Below are positions 10,261 to 20,864 of a DNA stretch of 64,000 nucleotides, piece by piece. Origin of the DNA: Trueperaceae bacterium (lineage in GTDB: Bacteria; Deinococcota; Deinococci; Deinococcales; Trueperaceae); the NCBI GenBank assembly GCA_965213925.1, contig OZ243927.1, positions 1,056,001-1,120,000 of the forward strand. Direction: 5' to 3'. Position 1 is the first letter of the stretch. Each line of letters starts with the position of its first letter. The notes under the pieces are model-generated. The model was not told the DNA's origin. It made no database searches and worked only from the letters and a program-made list of their open reading frames with translations. The position numbers were made by a program, and so were the translations under genes.

Positions 10261-12639
10261 TTAAGGCGTGGGCGCGCCCTCCAGTGCCCACTGCGCGTAA
10301 GCGTCCACGAAGCTCACGCTGAGGTCCTCGTCGCCCTGCTGCTCGAGCAAAAAGGCGAGGAAGTCGCGGATGTCTTGCGCGTCACTCTCGTTGAAAAGCG
10401 CGTCGCCGCTCAGCCCTTCGAAGCGGCCCGTGGTGATTTCGGGCAGGGCGTCCTGCGCGGCTTCGGCGTTGTCTCTAAGCTCACCCAAAAGCCTCTGCGT
10501 CAGCACGTCGTTGCCTAGCGCTAAGTTTTGCTCGTTATAGAGCGGCCTATTCGAGGCGAGCCCGCGCAGCGTGACGCCGCGGCTGATGAGTTGGCGCGCG
10601 AGGGAGGGTTCGCCCGTCACTTCTAAAGGTAGGGTGGCGCTGGCGCGCCGCTCGCGGCTGGCGCTCAGGATGACCTCGAGTTCGTAGCTGCCCGGCTCCA
10701 GACTCGTCGGCAGCGTGAAGCCGATGTCGTCGATCTGCAGGGCGACGGCGTTGCCGGGAACGGGAAAACTTTCCTCATAGGTCGCGCCGTCGACGGTGCC
10801 TTGCGTGTCTACCAGCCTATAGATGAGCGTGACCTCTTGCGGCAACTCGGCACCGGGCGTGAAGATTTCGAAGTCGGGGAAGAGGCGGTCGCCGGGTCTA
10901 AAGGTCTCCGCGCGGAGGTTGCGCGGTCCTAAGCTGAGCCGCGCGTTGTCGCCGATCTCTAGGGGTGCGGGGGGCGCGCGGAGCACCGCCAAACGCTCCT
11001 CGGCCTGCCGGATGAAGCGCGGCGCGTTTTCCGAGCGCTCCAGATAGCGCTCGAACTGCGTGATCGCGTCGTTCCCTCGGTCCTCCGCTTCGTAGAGCGT
11101 AGCGAGCGCGAAGTGAACGCCGGTCTGATCGGGATATAGCGCCAGGGCGTCTTCCAAATCCTCGATCGCCGCGTCGTCCACGTCGGGGTCGCGCGCTAGC
11201 GCTTCGGCGTAGGCGTCCATCGCCTCCTCCAAGCGCCCCGTCACGGCGCGGGTCAGCCCCAAGTTGTACCAGGCAATGAACTCGTCGGAGTTCAGCTCTA
11301 GGGCTTGCAGCGAGGCGTCCTCGCTCGCGTCTAAGCGTCCGAGTAGGTAATACGCCCAGCCCAGGTTCGTCCAGTAGAGGTCGCTCTCGGGCTCGAGCCT
11401 CGTCGCCACCGCCAAAGCCTGCGCCGCGTCGAGCGGTCTGTCCTCGTCGAAGGCGATCTGCGACAGGCGCTCGAACGAGTAGGGCAAGTTGGGCGCGACG
11501 CGGCTGAGCTGTGTGGCGAGTTCGACCTCCAAGTCCGCGTCGCCTAGCTGCTGCGCGGCGAGCATCGCGCCTAGGAGTGCGCCGCGCGACGCGCTCTGCG
11601 CGACGCGCTCCAAGTCGGACGTGATATCGGCGGAGAAGGTTTGCGATTCCTCGTCCGGGTTCTGGCTTAGGGCGTTGAAAAGCGCGCGCGCCGCGCGTCC
11701 GTAAGGGTCGCTCGCCGCCGCGTCGAACGCCGCCGCCGCCGCGTCAGTGTTGTCCGCGTTCGCCTGCAAGAGCCCCAGCCATATTTGATACGCCGGGAGG
11801 TCCGTCTGCTCGCTCAGCGTCCCGAAGATACGCCGCGCCGCCGCCTCGTCGGTGGGCTGAGCGCTTAGTGCTAAAGTTGCCGCGAGAGGTAGGTCGTCTA
11901 TAGCAGCGAATTCGTTCGCCGAAGCCGCCTCGACCGCCGTCAGGAGCTGCTGGTAGCGTTCATTCCCTTCATCTCTTCTGAGCGCGCGCTCCAAGGCGGT
12001 TTGCGCCTCCTGCACCAAGCCGCCGCTCAGCAGCGCGAGCGCTTCGATATAGTCACCGTACGCGGTATCGAGGTTGATCGCGCCGACAGCTTGTTCGCCT
12101 CTATTCTCCTCTTCGTCGGCATCACCTAGAAGCCGCTGGTTCACAACCGCAAGCATCGTCTCGGCGAGTTGTTCGGGTCTCCCTTCGGGTGCGGACGCAG
12201 AGAAGGTCTGTAGACCTCTTGGGGTCGCTAAGTGAAAGGTCAGCTCGAGCCTCCCCTCCACGAACTCGATGCGCCCTGTTAGCGCCGCGTCCACCCCGAG
12301 CGCGTCGCGTAGCAGCGCCGCCGCCGTGCGGCTGCTCGTGCTCTGGCTCTCGCCGAGAAAGATGAGCGGGTTCAAAAAGCCGTTCTGCACGGCGTAAGGC
12401 GGTACGAGCGCCAGCGCGACCTCCGGCCCCAAAACAGTTGTGGGTGCCGCCGCGTCTTCGACCGCCGCCGCGACGCGCTCGGCGACCGCGACGCCTAGGA
12501 GCCCTTCTTGGCTCTCGAGGGGAAAAACAGCTAAGCTCGTATCCGTCTGCGCTGCGGCGGTACCACAAGAGAGGCAGAGCAGCAGCAGGGCGAGCGTCCG
12601 CAAGAGGTAGGTTCGGAGGGGGGTGGGGTCAATCTTCAC
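10261..12639 (-). CDS. Exported TPR-repeat protein
   Basis: Signal peptide after the GTG at 12639 (start uncertain; ORF opens at 12753); TPR motifs YWTNLGWAY, AWYNLGL, HFALATLY. Confidence 0.8.
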   Translation of the reverse strand: MKIDPTPLRTYLLRTLALLLLCLSCGTAAAQTDTSLAVFPLESQEGLLGVAVAERVAAAVEDAAAPTTVLGPEVALALVPPYAVQNGFLNPLIFLGESQSTSSRTAAALLRDALGVDAALTGRIEFVEGRLELTFHLATPRGLQTFSASAPEGRPEQLAETMLAVVNQRLLGDADEEENRGEQAVGAINLDTAYGDYIEALALLSGGLVQEAQTALERALRRDEGNERYQQLLTAVEAASANEFAAIDDLPLAATLALSAQPTDEAAARRIFGTLSEQTDLPAYQIWLGLLQANADNTDAAAAAFDAAASDPYGRAARALFNALSQNPDEESQTFSADITSDLERVAQSASRGALLGAMLAAQQLGDADLEVELATQLSRVAPNLPYSFERLSQIAFDEDRPLDAAQALAVATRLEPESDLYWTNLGWAYYLLGRLDASEDASLQALELNSDEFIAWYNLGLTRAVTGRLEEAMDAYAEALARDPDVDDAAIEDLEDALALYPDQTGVHFALATLYEAEDRGNDAITQFERYLERSENAPRFIRQAEERLAVLRAPPAPLEIGDNARLSLGPRNLRAETFRPGDRLFPDFEIFTPGAELPQEVTLIYRLVDTQGTVDGATYEESFPVPGNAVALQIDDIGFTLPTSLEPGSYELEVILSASRERRASATLPLEVTGEPSLARQLISRGVTLRGLASNRPLYNEQNLALGNDVLTQRLLGELRDNAEAAQDALPEITTGRFEGLSGDALFNESDAQDIRDFLAFLLEQQGDEDLSVSFVDAYAQWALEGAPTP

Positions 12640-12941
12640 GGCATCGTACCTTTCATCCTTAATGGGTGTTGCAAAAGGGCTCGTTGCGAGGATCGGAAAA
12701 GCGGATTTGGAGGGAACCGGTATAGGTTTGTTTTTGCGAGTATTCTGTATCAAAACTCCGTGCGGTTGGCGGCTTTCACGTCACCTTACTACGCTCCGCC
12801 GCCAAGGTAGACAGCTTGGTGAGTCGCCGCTCGCGCAACCTCACTCTCTTTCCCACGCTATCACGCAGCAGGCGAGAAGGCGTCAGCACACCACTGTAAC
12901 GCTACTATAATGTGAAACATTTCATCCGACCGCACTCGACC

Positions 12942-14621
12942 TCACGGACTGCGCGTGATGGGCTCGCCGTAGCGCAAGCCGTCAAGCGTCAGCGTGAAGG
13001 TGACGGGTCCGGGCTCCGCGGTCTGCCACGACCCTTCGATGCGTTCGCCGCCGCGTATGCGCTGCGCTGCGATAAGTTCCGGTTCGCCCGAGAGGGTTGT
13101 GACGGTGACTTGAGCCGTTTGCTCAGGGATGCCCGCTTGAATGTCCCATCTGTAGGAGACGCGGCGCGGCTCGCCCGGACGCACCTCGGCGGTCACGTTG
13201 GGCGTCGGGAGGGGCGCGGGCGGGCGGTTCACAGTCAAGGTGACGCTTTGGCTCGTCGCGGCTGCGCCCGGCGCGGGGTCCTGCGTAACGACGCCCGAGG
13301 GCAAGCGAGCGGAGCTTATCTCCCTGGCGTTTTGCACGCGCAACCGCTCGCGCTGCGCCAGGCGGCGGGCGTCGTCCAGCGTCATCCCGACGAAGTTGGG
13401 CACGCCCGAGGTACCGCCGGGAGGTGAGGTATTTTGGGCGGTGCCGCTTGTCACGCTCAGGCGGAGCGCCGTTGCGTCCCGGGCGATGAGCTGGTTCGGC
13501 GCGATATTCTGTGCGACGACGACGTCCGCGCGTTGCCCCGTGCCGGTGACGCGCTCGATTGTCGGCGGCGCGAGCCCCGCCGCGCGGACGAGCGCGTTGG
13601 CGTCGGCTAAAGCCATGCCTGTCAAGTCGGGCAAGAAGGTCAGGTCGCCCTGCGGCCCTTCGCTGACGAGTAGATGCACGGCGCTCCCGGTGGGCGCTTG
13701 ACCCTCCCAAGATTGCGCGACGACCTCGCCGCTCGGCACCTCGCTGTGGACGCGCGAGAGGTCGCCTAGCTCGAGCCCCGCCGCCACGAGCCGCCGCTCC
13801 GCCTCGCCTACCGAAAGACCGCTGAGGTCGGGCACGTCGGTCGGTGCGAGTTGCCCGGGTGGGAGCGCGTAGCGCAGATGCACGGTGCGCCCCGGTCTGA
13901 GCTGGGTACCCGGCGGCGGCTCGCTGCTCAAGACTTGACCGGTGCGCTCATCCGAGGAAACCGGGCTCGAGCTTGTGCCGAGCCCGGACGCTTGCAAGAC
14001 GCTGAGCGCCTCCTCGACCTCTTGTCCGCGCAGATTCGGCACGACGACGAAGGCACGCTCGAGCGGGCGGTAGAGGCTTACCGCGAGCAGGACTACGCCC
14101 AAGAGGGCGAGGAGCGCGCCGGGTAGCCAGGGGATAAGCCAGGGTGCTAGGGCGCGTCCCCGTCTCTCTTCAGGTGGTGTCGTCGCGACGGGCTGCGCGG
14201 TGCGCGCGGAGGGCGTTGCGCTTCGTAACGGGTTCAGTTCGGCGCGTCCGAAGGCGAGTCCGTAGACCTTATGCGCGCCATTTTTATCCGCGCAGACGTG
14301 GGCGTCCTCTGACGACCAGCCGTGGGACTCGAGCAGGTGCGCGACGTCCTCGCTCGGCTCGCCGCCGCAATCGCCGGGTGGCACGTACCACGCGACGTAG
14401 TGCGCCCCCGGTCTCGAGACGAGGTCGTAGATCGCGGCGACCTCTTCACGTTTGAGTTTGCGCAAGAGCTTGCGGTAGCGCTCAAACGCCGCCTCTTCTG
14501 CCGCCTCTAGGTCGTACCAAGCGACGCGCACCGCCGCGCCGCTTGGAGCCGTCGCGTCGAAGAGCGTGCTGCGCGGTCCGAGCGGACGTTGGGAGATGAT
14601 TTCGTATTTGCCGTCTAACAT
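12942..14621 (-). CDS. Membrane-anchored PASTA-repeat protein with degenerate kinase-like N-terminus
   Basis: One TM then four PASTA units (VPNLRG, VPDLSG, LPDLTG, VPNFVG); N-terminal LDGKYEI..LG resembles a kinase N-lobe. Confidence 0.85.
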   Translation of the reverse strand: MLDGKYEIISQRPLGPRSTLFDATAPSGAAVRVAWYDLEAAEEAAFERYRKLLRKLKREEVAAIYDLVSRPGAHYVAWYVPPGDCGGEPSEDVAHLLESHGWSSEDAHVCADKNGAHKVYGLAFGRAELNPLRSATPSARTAQPVATTPPEERRGRALAPWLIPWLPGALLALLGVVLLAVSLYRPLERAFVVVPNLRGQEVEEALSVLQASGLGTSSSPVSSDERTGQVLSSEPPPGTQLRPGRTVHLRYALPPGQLAPTDVPDLSGLSVGEAERRLVAAGLELGDLSRVHSEVPSGEVVAQSWEGQAPTGSAVHLLVSEGPQGDLTFLPDLTGMALADANALVRAAGLAPPTIERVTGTGQRADVVVAQNIAPNQLIARDATALRLSVTSGTAQNTSPPGGTSGVPNFVGMTLDDARRLAQRERLRVQNAREISSARLPSGVVTQDPAPGAAATSQSVTLTVNRPPAPLPTPNVTAEVRPGEPRRVSYRWDIQAGIPEQTAQVTVTTLSGEPELIAAQRIRGGERIEGSWQTAEPGPVTFTLTLDGLRYGEPITRSP

Positions 14622-14730
14622 AATTGGAAGTGCGCCTACGCGCTCGCCTTAACATGATAACGTGGCGGTGCATCCCAACGTGAAAGAGCGCGGCACGCGC
14701 CGCGCTCTTAGTCAAGTATGTGAATTGAAG

Positions 14731-16734
14731 TTAGCTGCTCGAGCCCTCCGCACTAGGACGCGGGTCGATGGGTTGCTTTGTACGCTCTTCGTTGCGGCGC
14801 TTCTGGCGCTCAGCGGCTTCGGCTTGCTCGGCGGCGCGCCTCGAGGCTTCCTCAATCGTGCGTTCGGCGGCCTCCGCTTCGCCGACGATCATCGCGGTGA
14901 TGTCCTCCGCGGACGCGCCCTCTTGCGCTAGCTCGTGCGCTTTAGCGACCAGGGCACCGTCCACCGTTTCACGCTCAAGTAGCGCCTCTGCAACGCCCTG
15001 CACGGCGACCCAGTTCTCTTCGATGACCTCTTCGGTCGTTTCGTAGGCGGTGCTCAAAATCTCGTTGACCTGCCCCTCCAGCTCGCGGGCAGTCTCCTCG
15101 CTGAAGTCTTTGCGGCGGCTGATTTCGCCTCCTAGAAAGACCGGACCCTGATCCGAGCCCCAGGCGACGAACTCTCTGCCGCCCATGCCGAGGTCGAAGA
15201 CCATCTGCTTCGCCATGCCCGTCGCTTGCTTGAGGTCGTTCGAGGCACCCGACGAAATCGTGCCGGTCAGCTTCTTCTCCGAGACGCGCCCGCCGAAGGC
15301 GACCACGAGCTGCTGGTGAAAGCGCTCGCGCGAGAAGAACATCTCTTCTTTGGACAAGGGAGCCATGAAGCCGCCCGCGCCGCCGCGCGGCATAATCGTG
15401 ACCTTACGGATATGCCCGAGGTCGGGCTGCGTGACGAACGCCACCGCGTGACCCGCTTCGTGGAAGGCGAGGATTTTACGCTCGTCTTCACTGGGAACTA
15501 AAGAGCCGCGCCGCAGTCCCAAGACGATGCGGTCGAGTGCCTCGTTGAAGTCCGCCCAGGAGATAATCTGCTTGCCCGTCCTAGCGGCAATCAGCGCCGC
15601 CTCGTTCGTGAGGTTCTCCAGGTCAGCGCCTGAAAACATCGGCGTTGCGCCCGCTAAGCGCTCTAAGTTGACGTCCTCGGCGATCGGCTTGTTGCGCACG
15701 TGAACCCGCAAGACCTGCTCGCGTTCGCGCTGGGTCGGCAGTCCAATTGTCACCTGACGGTCGAAGCGCCCAGGACGTAAGAGCGCCGGGTCCAAGATGT
15801 CGGGGCGGTTCGTCGCTGCAATGATGATGACCGAGGTATCCTTCTCGAAGCCGTCCATCTCGGAGAGGATTTGGTTCAGCGTCTGCTCGCGCTCGTCGTG
15901 ACCGCCGCCGATGCCCGCACCGCGCCTGCGCCCGATCGAGTCAAGCTCGTCGATAAAGATGATTGCAGGGCTCGCTTTGCGCGCCTCTTCGAAGAGGTTG
16001 CGCACGCGGCTCGCGCCGACGCCCACGAACATCTCCATAAATTCAGACGCGGATACAGTTAAGAAGGGCACGCCCGCCTCGCCCGCAACCGCGCGCGCTA
16101 GGAGCGTTTTACCCGTTCCTGGCGGACCGACTAAGAGCATCCCTTTAGGGATTTCCGCGCCGATGCGCAAATACTTCTGCGGCGACTGCAAGAAGTCCAC
16201 GGTTTCTTTAAGCTCTTGCTTCGCTTCTTCGTGCCCGGCGACGTCGTCAAAGGTCGTCTTGACCTTGTTCTCGCGCCCATACGTCTTGGCTTTGGACTGC
16301 CCGAACTGCATCACCTGGCTCGGTCCGCCCTGCGCCCGCATGAAGATGAACCAGAAGAAGGCGATGAGGATGATGATGGGCAGGAGCGCGAACGCGATGC
16401 CCGCCCAGGGTGACGGGTTGCGCCCGTCGAAGCTGACGTTTTGCTCGCGCAAGAGGTTGATAAGCTCAGGGTCGCCAGCGGGGGGCGGCGTGGTCTCGAA
16501 GCGCAAGATGCTTCTGACGTTCTCGCCCTGCCCGACTTGCGTCTCGGACTTGAGTTCGCCGCGGATGTTGCCGTCCTCGATGACGGCGGACTGAACCTTG
16601 CCCTCTTGGACCAGGTTGACAAAGGTCGAGTAGCCGATTTCGCTGCCCGAGGGGGTGGCGTTAAACTGGTTAAAGACGAAAATGCCTAAGATGATGAGCA
16701 TCACCAGCAGCCAGGGGTTAAATGATCGTTTCAA
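14731..16734 (-). CDS. ftsH: ATP-dependent zinc metalloprotease FtsH
   Basis: 2 TMs, [30 protein letters not shown] start at 16734 after GGAGG. Confidence 0.98.
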   Translation of the reverse strand: MKRSFNPWLLVMLIILGIFVFNQFNATPSGSEIGYSTFVNLVQEGKVQSAVIEDGNIRGELKSETQVGQGENVRSILRFETTPPPAGDPELINLLREQNVSFDGRNPSPWAGIAFALLPIIILIAFFWFIFMRAQGGPSQVMQFGQSKAKTYGRENKVKTTFDDVAGHEEAKQELKETVDFLQSPQKYLRIGAEIPKGMLLVGPPGTGKTLLARAVAGEAGVPFLTVSASEFMEMFVGVGASRVRNLFEEARKASPAIIFIDELDSIGRRRGAGIGGGHDEREQTLNQILSEMDGFEKDTSVIIIAATNRPDILDPALLRPGRFDRQVTIGLPTQREREQVLRVHVRNKPIAEDVNLERLAGATPMFSGADLENLTNEAALIAARTGKQIISWADFNEALDRIVLGLRRGSLVPSEDERKILAFHEAGHAVAFVTQPDLGHIRKVTIMPRGGAGGFMAPLSKEEMFFSRERFHQQLVVAFGGRVSEKKLTGTISSGASNDLKQATGMAKQMVFDLGMGGREFVAWGSDQGPVFLGGEISRRKDFSEETARELEGQVNEILSTAYETTEEVIEENWVAVQGVAEALLERETVDGALVAKAHELAQEGASAEDITAMIVGEAEAAERTIEEASRRAAEQAEAAERQKRRNEERTKQPIDPRPSAEGSSS

Positions 16735-17075
16735 CGGTGCCTCCAGGCGGCGCGGACGCCGCGTCATCTACCGTAAAGCCAACTCGCACTCACTGCCTTG
16801 AAAGCGGGTTGTGGTAGGGGTAATGTCCCATTATGGTAGCACTTCCCCTCTTACGCTGGCTGTAAGCTATCGGACGAAATGGCGCGGAAAATCTACTGGC
16901 GAGTTAGATAGCTCACACGGCTCTTTGAGAGAATATCTACGCTGGTCGCCCGCCTTGCTCATACCCCGGTCGCCCTTTTGACGGAACAGCGCTCGAGTCG
17001 GAGGAAGAAAGCGTCAACCGTTGAGCCAGGTCCTCTCGCTTTAGCTTTTGCCACGCGAACCGCTGCTCAACCGTG

Positions 17076-17981
17076 TCAGTCTAGGCGCTCTAACCTAAGC
17101 CCGTAAACGTCCGCGAAGAACACCTGCGCGCCGTCCGCGTCGGGGGTGGGCGAAAGGACGACGGTCCGACCGCCGAAGGTGAATTCGGCGATGTCGCGGC
17201 CGTCCAGCTCGATTAAAAAGAGTTCGAAGCCCGCTTCGCTCTCTCCCGCCGTGGGTGTGCCGCGCGTAATGGCGAAGGTTTCGCTCAGACCCCTCGAGTC
17301 GTAGCGCCACTCACCTAAAAACGCGACCCCATCTCGGGGCGGCGTCACCTCCGAGGCGACCTCAGTGCTGTCAACGACCTCGCCTCCTAGTACGACCTCG
17401 ACGCGGGCTCGTTCGTCCGCCTTAGTGTGGAGGCAAACCACGCTCTCTTCGCCCTCTTCTTCCAGGTACCTCGTATCCTCGTCGGCGCAGCGCACCCGAA
17501 ACTGCGCGCCCGCGCCGTAGCCCTCCAACTGAACCGTATAGCGCACCGCCCAAGGCGCGGGACCGCCGGGAGTCTGAGTCACGCTGAACGTTCCCTCGCC
17601 CGGTTCGCTCGGGTCTTCGGGTGTCGTGTCCGCCTGCGTGACGCTCACGCTTACGCTGTCGGACACGGAGCCGAAATTCGTGTCCGCCATTGCCGTTACA
17701 ACGTAGACGCCTGGCGCGTCGAATATGTAAGTGAGGGCGGGCGTCGTTTCGGCTTGCGCCGCCCCTGCTACCGTCCAGGCATAGTCGCGTGCATTAGCTG
17801 TAGCACCGCCCACGGTAACTGCGGTGGTGAAAGTGACCTCGAGGGGCGCTGCCCCCTCCGTCACCGACGCGCTCAAGGCGAGTTCGGCGGCGCGGTTCTG
17901 CGTGGGCTCGCCGAGCGTGCAAGCCGTAAGTAGCGCCAAGAGCAAGCTGTAGCACACGGTTAGTCTATAAGGTCGTTTCAT
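17076..17981 (-). CDS. PKD-domain lipoprotein
   Basis: Lipobox LLTAC; GAAPLEVTF..Y.W..Y.F..PGVY.VT PKD pattern. Confidence 0.75.
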   Translation of the reverse strand: MKRPYRLTVCYSLLLALLTACTLGEPTQNRAAELALSASVTEGAAPLEVTFTTAVTVGGATANARDYAWTVAGAAQAETTPALTYIFDAPGVYVVTAMADTNFGSVSDSVSVSVTQADTTPEDPSEPGEGTFSVTQTPGGPAPWAVRYTVQLEGYGAGAQFRVRCADEDTRYLEEEGEESVVCLHTKADERARVEVVLGGEVVDSTEVASEVTPPRDGVAFLGEWRYDSRGLSETFAITRGTPTAGESEAGFELFLIELDGRDIAEFTFGGRTVVLSPTPDADGAQVFFADVYGLRLERLD

Positions 17982-18002
17982 TTGCTGCCTTCCTGTGTGG
18001 AC

Positions 18003-18214
18003 CTAATACAGCGTTAAGTAAAGAATTAAGTCGTGTCATTCTGAGCGGAGCAACGCGGAGTCGAAGAATTTCTGACCTTGCCAACTCCTCTGGCAGAGAA
18101 TGAAAGTTACAAAGTTTTAGCGCAGCTAAACGAGACCCTTCGACAACCGGACTTCGTCTTACTGCGTGAACAGGGTGACAGCAGTGTCGTATTCCTTGCT
18201 TGACGATGGACTTA
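18003..18214 (+). repeat. Dispersed repeat family A, copy 1 (core 18034-18180)
   Basis: TGTCATTCTGAGCGGAG...GAGACCC...CAGGGTGACA core; outer ends CTAATACAGCGTTAAG / CTTGACGATGGACTTA. Confidence 0.85.
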
Positions 18215-18295
18215 ATAGTAGCTGTAAACATATTGCGTCACCAAAATAATGAAGTCAGTACTAGGGTTATATGTTGCCACCAAAGATGAGACAGC

Positions 18296-18330
18296 AAAAA
18301 ACGAAGCGGGGTCTGATGTTCAGACCCCGC
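18296..18330 (-). terminator. Intrinsic terminator of the ferritin-like gene
   Basis: GCGGGGTCTGA/TCAGACCCCGC 11-bp stem followed by a T-rich tail on the minus strand. Confidence 0.8.
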
Positions 18331-18337
18331 AAGATGC

Positions 18338-19405
18338 TTAAAGGTTGTTCGGGAAGTCGGGGTCGAGCAAAACGGCGAAGACGTCAGCTAGTGCTGCCGG
18401 CACGCTGATGCCCTGCGGGAAGAAGCTCGCGTCCGAGACAGCGGCGTCCGGGCTCAGGTAGACGATCTTGGCGACCTGGAGCGGGGTGCGGCTGAAGACG
18501 ATGGCGTTGCTGTCGGTCGGCGTGATATTGGCGGTGAGCCCTTTGGGGCCGTTGGCGACGCCTTGGTCGAGGTCGGACATACCGTCTAAGGAATCGCGTG
18601 CGTCCGAGATGGCCTGCGTGACCTTCCAAATGTCTACGCCGCCATAGCGGAATTCGCGGCGCTCGTCGGAGCTGTAGAGGAAGTTGCGCACTTCGCCCGC
18701 GTGGTACGCCTCGACTGCGAGGATGCCCGCGGCGGCTTCCAAGTAGTCCTTATTAGTGATGAAGCGCGCCGCACCCTTGTACGCCGTCACGCCGACGTCC
18801 TCGAAGATGAACGCGCCATGTAAGAAGAAGGTGTCGTTGGCGAACGGGTTGAAGCTGTTCGGGTCGAAGCCGAGCCCGCCGTCGGCGAGACCGTCAGCGG
18901 CAGTAGCGGCAGCGACGAACGAGCTGCTCAAGTTGACGACGGGCAACTCGGCAACGGGCGCACCGATGCTGTCCAGGACTGTCCGCAAGTAGACAACGTG
19001 GCTCAGTTCGTCCTCGGCGATTTCGTTCGCGAAATCGCCGACGAGCTTGGTCACTTTGGTGACGGTCTGCGTCGAAAGTTCTTCGGGCGCGTAGAGGGAG
19101 GTGCTGGGGTCGGTGCCGTCGTAGCCGTCCGGCAAGATGACCTTGTCGGGGCTGTAACCGGGCAGTTCGCTCAAGCGTCCCACGGCGGCGAGGTAATACG
19201 CTGCCTCGAGATACTCCAAATTCAGCGCGAAGTTGAGAATTGCAGCGTCGACGGCGGTCCCGTCTGCCTGCTGCACCTCCTGGTCGGCTTGACCCACCAC
19301 GCTCGTGCCGCACGCGGTCAGCACTGCGCCCGCGCCCATCATGCCCAAGTTGCCGAGCAAGCGGCGGCGGTCTGTTTTGGCGTTTAGTAACTTCTTGACG
19401 TCCAT
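18338..19405 (-). CDS. Ferritin-like (Ferritin_2) desiccation-related protein with Tat/lipoprotein signal
   Basis: DRRRLL..LTAC signal; ILNFALNLEYLEA, E..H, FIFEDVGVTAYKGAA, ILAVEAYHAG; AGGAGG RBS before the ATG at 19405. Confidence 0.88.
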   Translation of the reverse strand: MDVKKLLNAKTDRRRLLGNLGMMGAGAVLTACGTSVVGQADQEVQQADGTAVDAAILNFALNLEYLEAAYYLAAVGRLSELPGYSPDKVILPDGYDGTDPSTSLYAPEELSTQTVTKVTKLVGDFANEIAEDELSHVVYLRTVLDSIGAPVAELPVVNLSSSFVAAATAADGLADGGLGFDPNSFNPFANDTFFLHGAFIFEDVGVTAYKGAARFITNKDYLEAAAGILAVEAYHAGEVRNFLYSSDERREFRYGGVDIWKVTQAISDARDSLDGMSDLDQGVANGPKGLTANITPTDSNAIVFSRTPLQVAKIVYLSPDAAVSDASFFPQGISVPAALADVFAVLLDPDFPNNL

Positions 19406-19646
19406 AGATCCTCCTTGGAATCCAACAAGTCCCCAAGTGAAGCGGCCCACCTCAGGGTGTAAGTGATGAAGTTGTGGGCTTTCATACGTAGTGTAACGCA
19501 CTTCATCAAGCTTTGGATGCACATTTGAGGGGTTGATACACATTTAAGGGTTTAATGAAGATCTGAAGGTGTCGCGCACGCGCGCTCGAGCACAAACAAG
19601 ACGACCCGCGCACTATCTGGCTCTTTAGAGCGTACAATTGGACGCG

Positions 19647-20864
19647 ATGACAGAGGCGCTTCACAAAATGGTAAAAAGCGAGACAATAAAAAGTAAGGTA
19701 GGCAGCCAGCGCATCGCGACCTTCGGCGAGACGGTCTTCGCCAAGTACACGCGGCTCGCCCAAAAACACGGCGCGGTCAACTTGGGTCAGGGTTTCCCCG
19801 ACTTTGACCCGCCCGACTTCGCGCTCGAAGCGCTCCGGGCGAGCGCGGCGGGGTATCAGCAGTATCCGCCTCTGCCGGGAATGCCCGTGCTCGCTGAGGC
19901 GGTTGCTAAAAAGATGAGCACGCGGCTGGGCCGAGAGGTCGTCCCCGTCCAGAACGTGCAGATTACTGTCGGCGCGACCGAGGCGCTCTACGCCGCCATG
20001 CAAGCGCTCGTCGACCCCGGCGACGAAGTGGTCTTGCTCGAGCCCTTCTACGACGCCTACCCCGCCGACGTGCTCATGGCGGGCGGCGTGCCCAAGTACG
20101 TGCCGCTCCACCCGCAAGCGGACGGGAGGTGGCTGCTCGACCTGGACGAACTCGGACGCGCGTTTTCCTCCCGCACGAAGGTGGTCTTGCTCAATACGCC
20201 GCACAACCCGACGGGCAAAGTCTTTAGCGAAGGCGAACTCGACGCCATCATCAAGCTCGCGCATGAGCACGACGCGGTGATCCTCAGCGACGAGGTCTAC
20301 GAGCACATCACCTTTGCGCCGCACGTATCTATTGCCAGCAGGCCGGGCGGCTGGGCGCGCACGCTCAGCGTGTCGTCCATCGGCAAGACCTTTTCGGTCA
20401 CGGGCTGGAAGGTCGGCTGGGCGACGGGACCGGAGCCGCTTGTGTGCGCACTGCGCACCGCACACCAGTGGATACCCTTTACCGTGGCGACGCCCCTGCA
20501 GGTCGCCTCGGCGGAGATTTTGCGGCGGGCGGACGAGGGGTTCTATGCGGGGCTCGAGGCGCTCTACCGCAGCAAGCGCGACCTGCTCGTGGACGCGCTC
20601 CGAGAGACGCTCTTCCGACCTCTCGTCCCCGAAGGCGGCTACTTCGTCATGGCGAACAGCGCCGCGCTGCCTTACGAGGACGACGTCGCGCTCTGCGAAA
20701 ACTTGCCCAAAGACGCAGGCGTCGGCGCGATTCCGCCGAGCGCGTTCTACTCAGAAGCGCACAAACATCTGACGAAAAATCTGGTGCGCTTCGCGTTTTG
20801 TAAGTCGGACGAGGCGATTGTGGAGGCGGGGCGGCGGCTACAGAACGTTCAAGTCGGCGCATGA
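19647..20864 (+). CDS. PLP-dependent aminotransferase class I/II (YbdL/kynurenine aminotransferase-like)
   Basis: AVNLGQGFPDF, NTPHNPTG, SDEVY, SIGKTFSVTGWKVGW, RFAFCK. Confidence 0.92.
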   Translation: MTEALHKMVKSETIKSKVGSQRIATFGETVFAKYTRLAQKHGAVNLGQGFPDFDPPDFALEALRASAAGYQQYPPLPGMPVLAEAVAKKMSTRLGREVVPVQNVQITVGATEALYAAMQALVDPGDEVVLLEPFYDAYPADVLMAGGVPKYVPLHPQADGRWLLDLDELGRAFSSRTKVVLLNTPHNPTGKVFSEGELDAIIKLAHEHDAVILSDEVYEHITFAPHVSIASRPGGWARTLSVSSIGKTFSVTGWKVGWATGPEPLVCALRTAHQWIPFTVATPLQVASAEILRRADEGFYAGLEALYRSKRDLLVDALRETLFRPLVPEGGYFVMANSAALPYEDDVALCENLPKDAGVGAIPPSAFYSEAHKHLTKNLVRFAFCKSDEAIVEAGRRLQNVQVGA

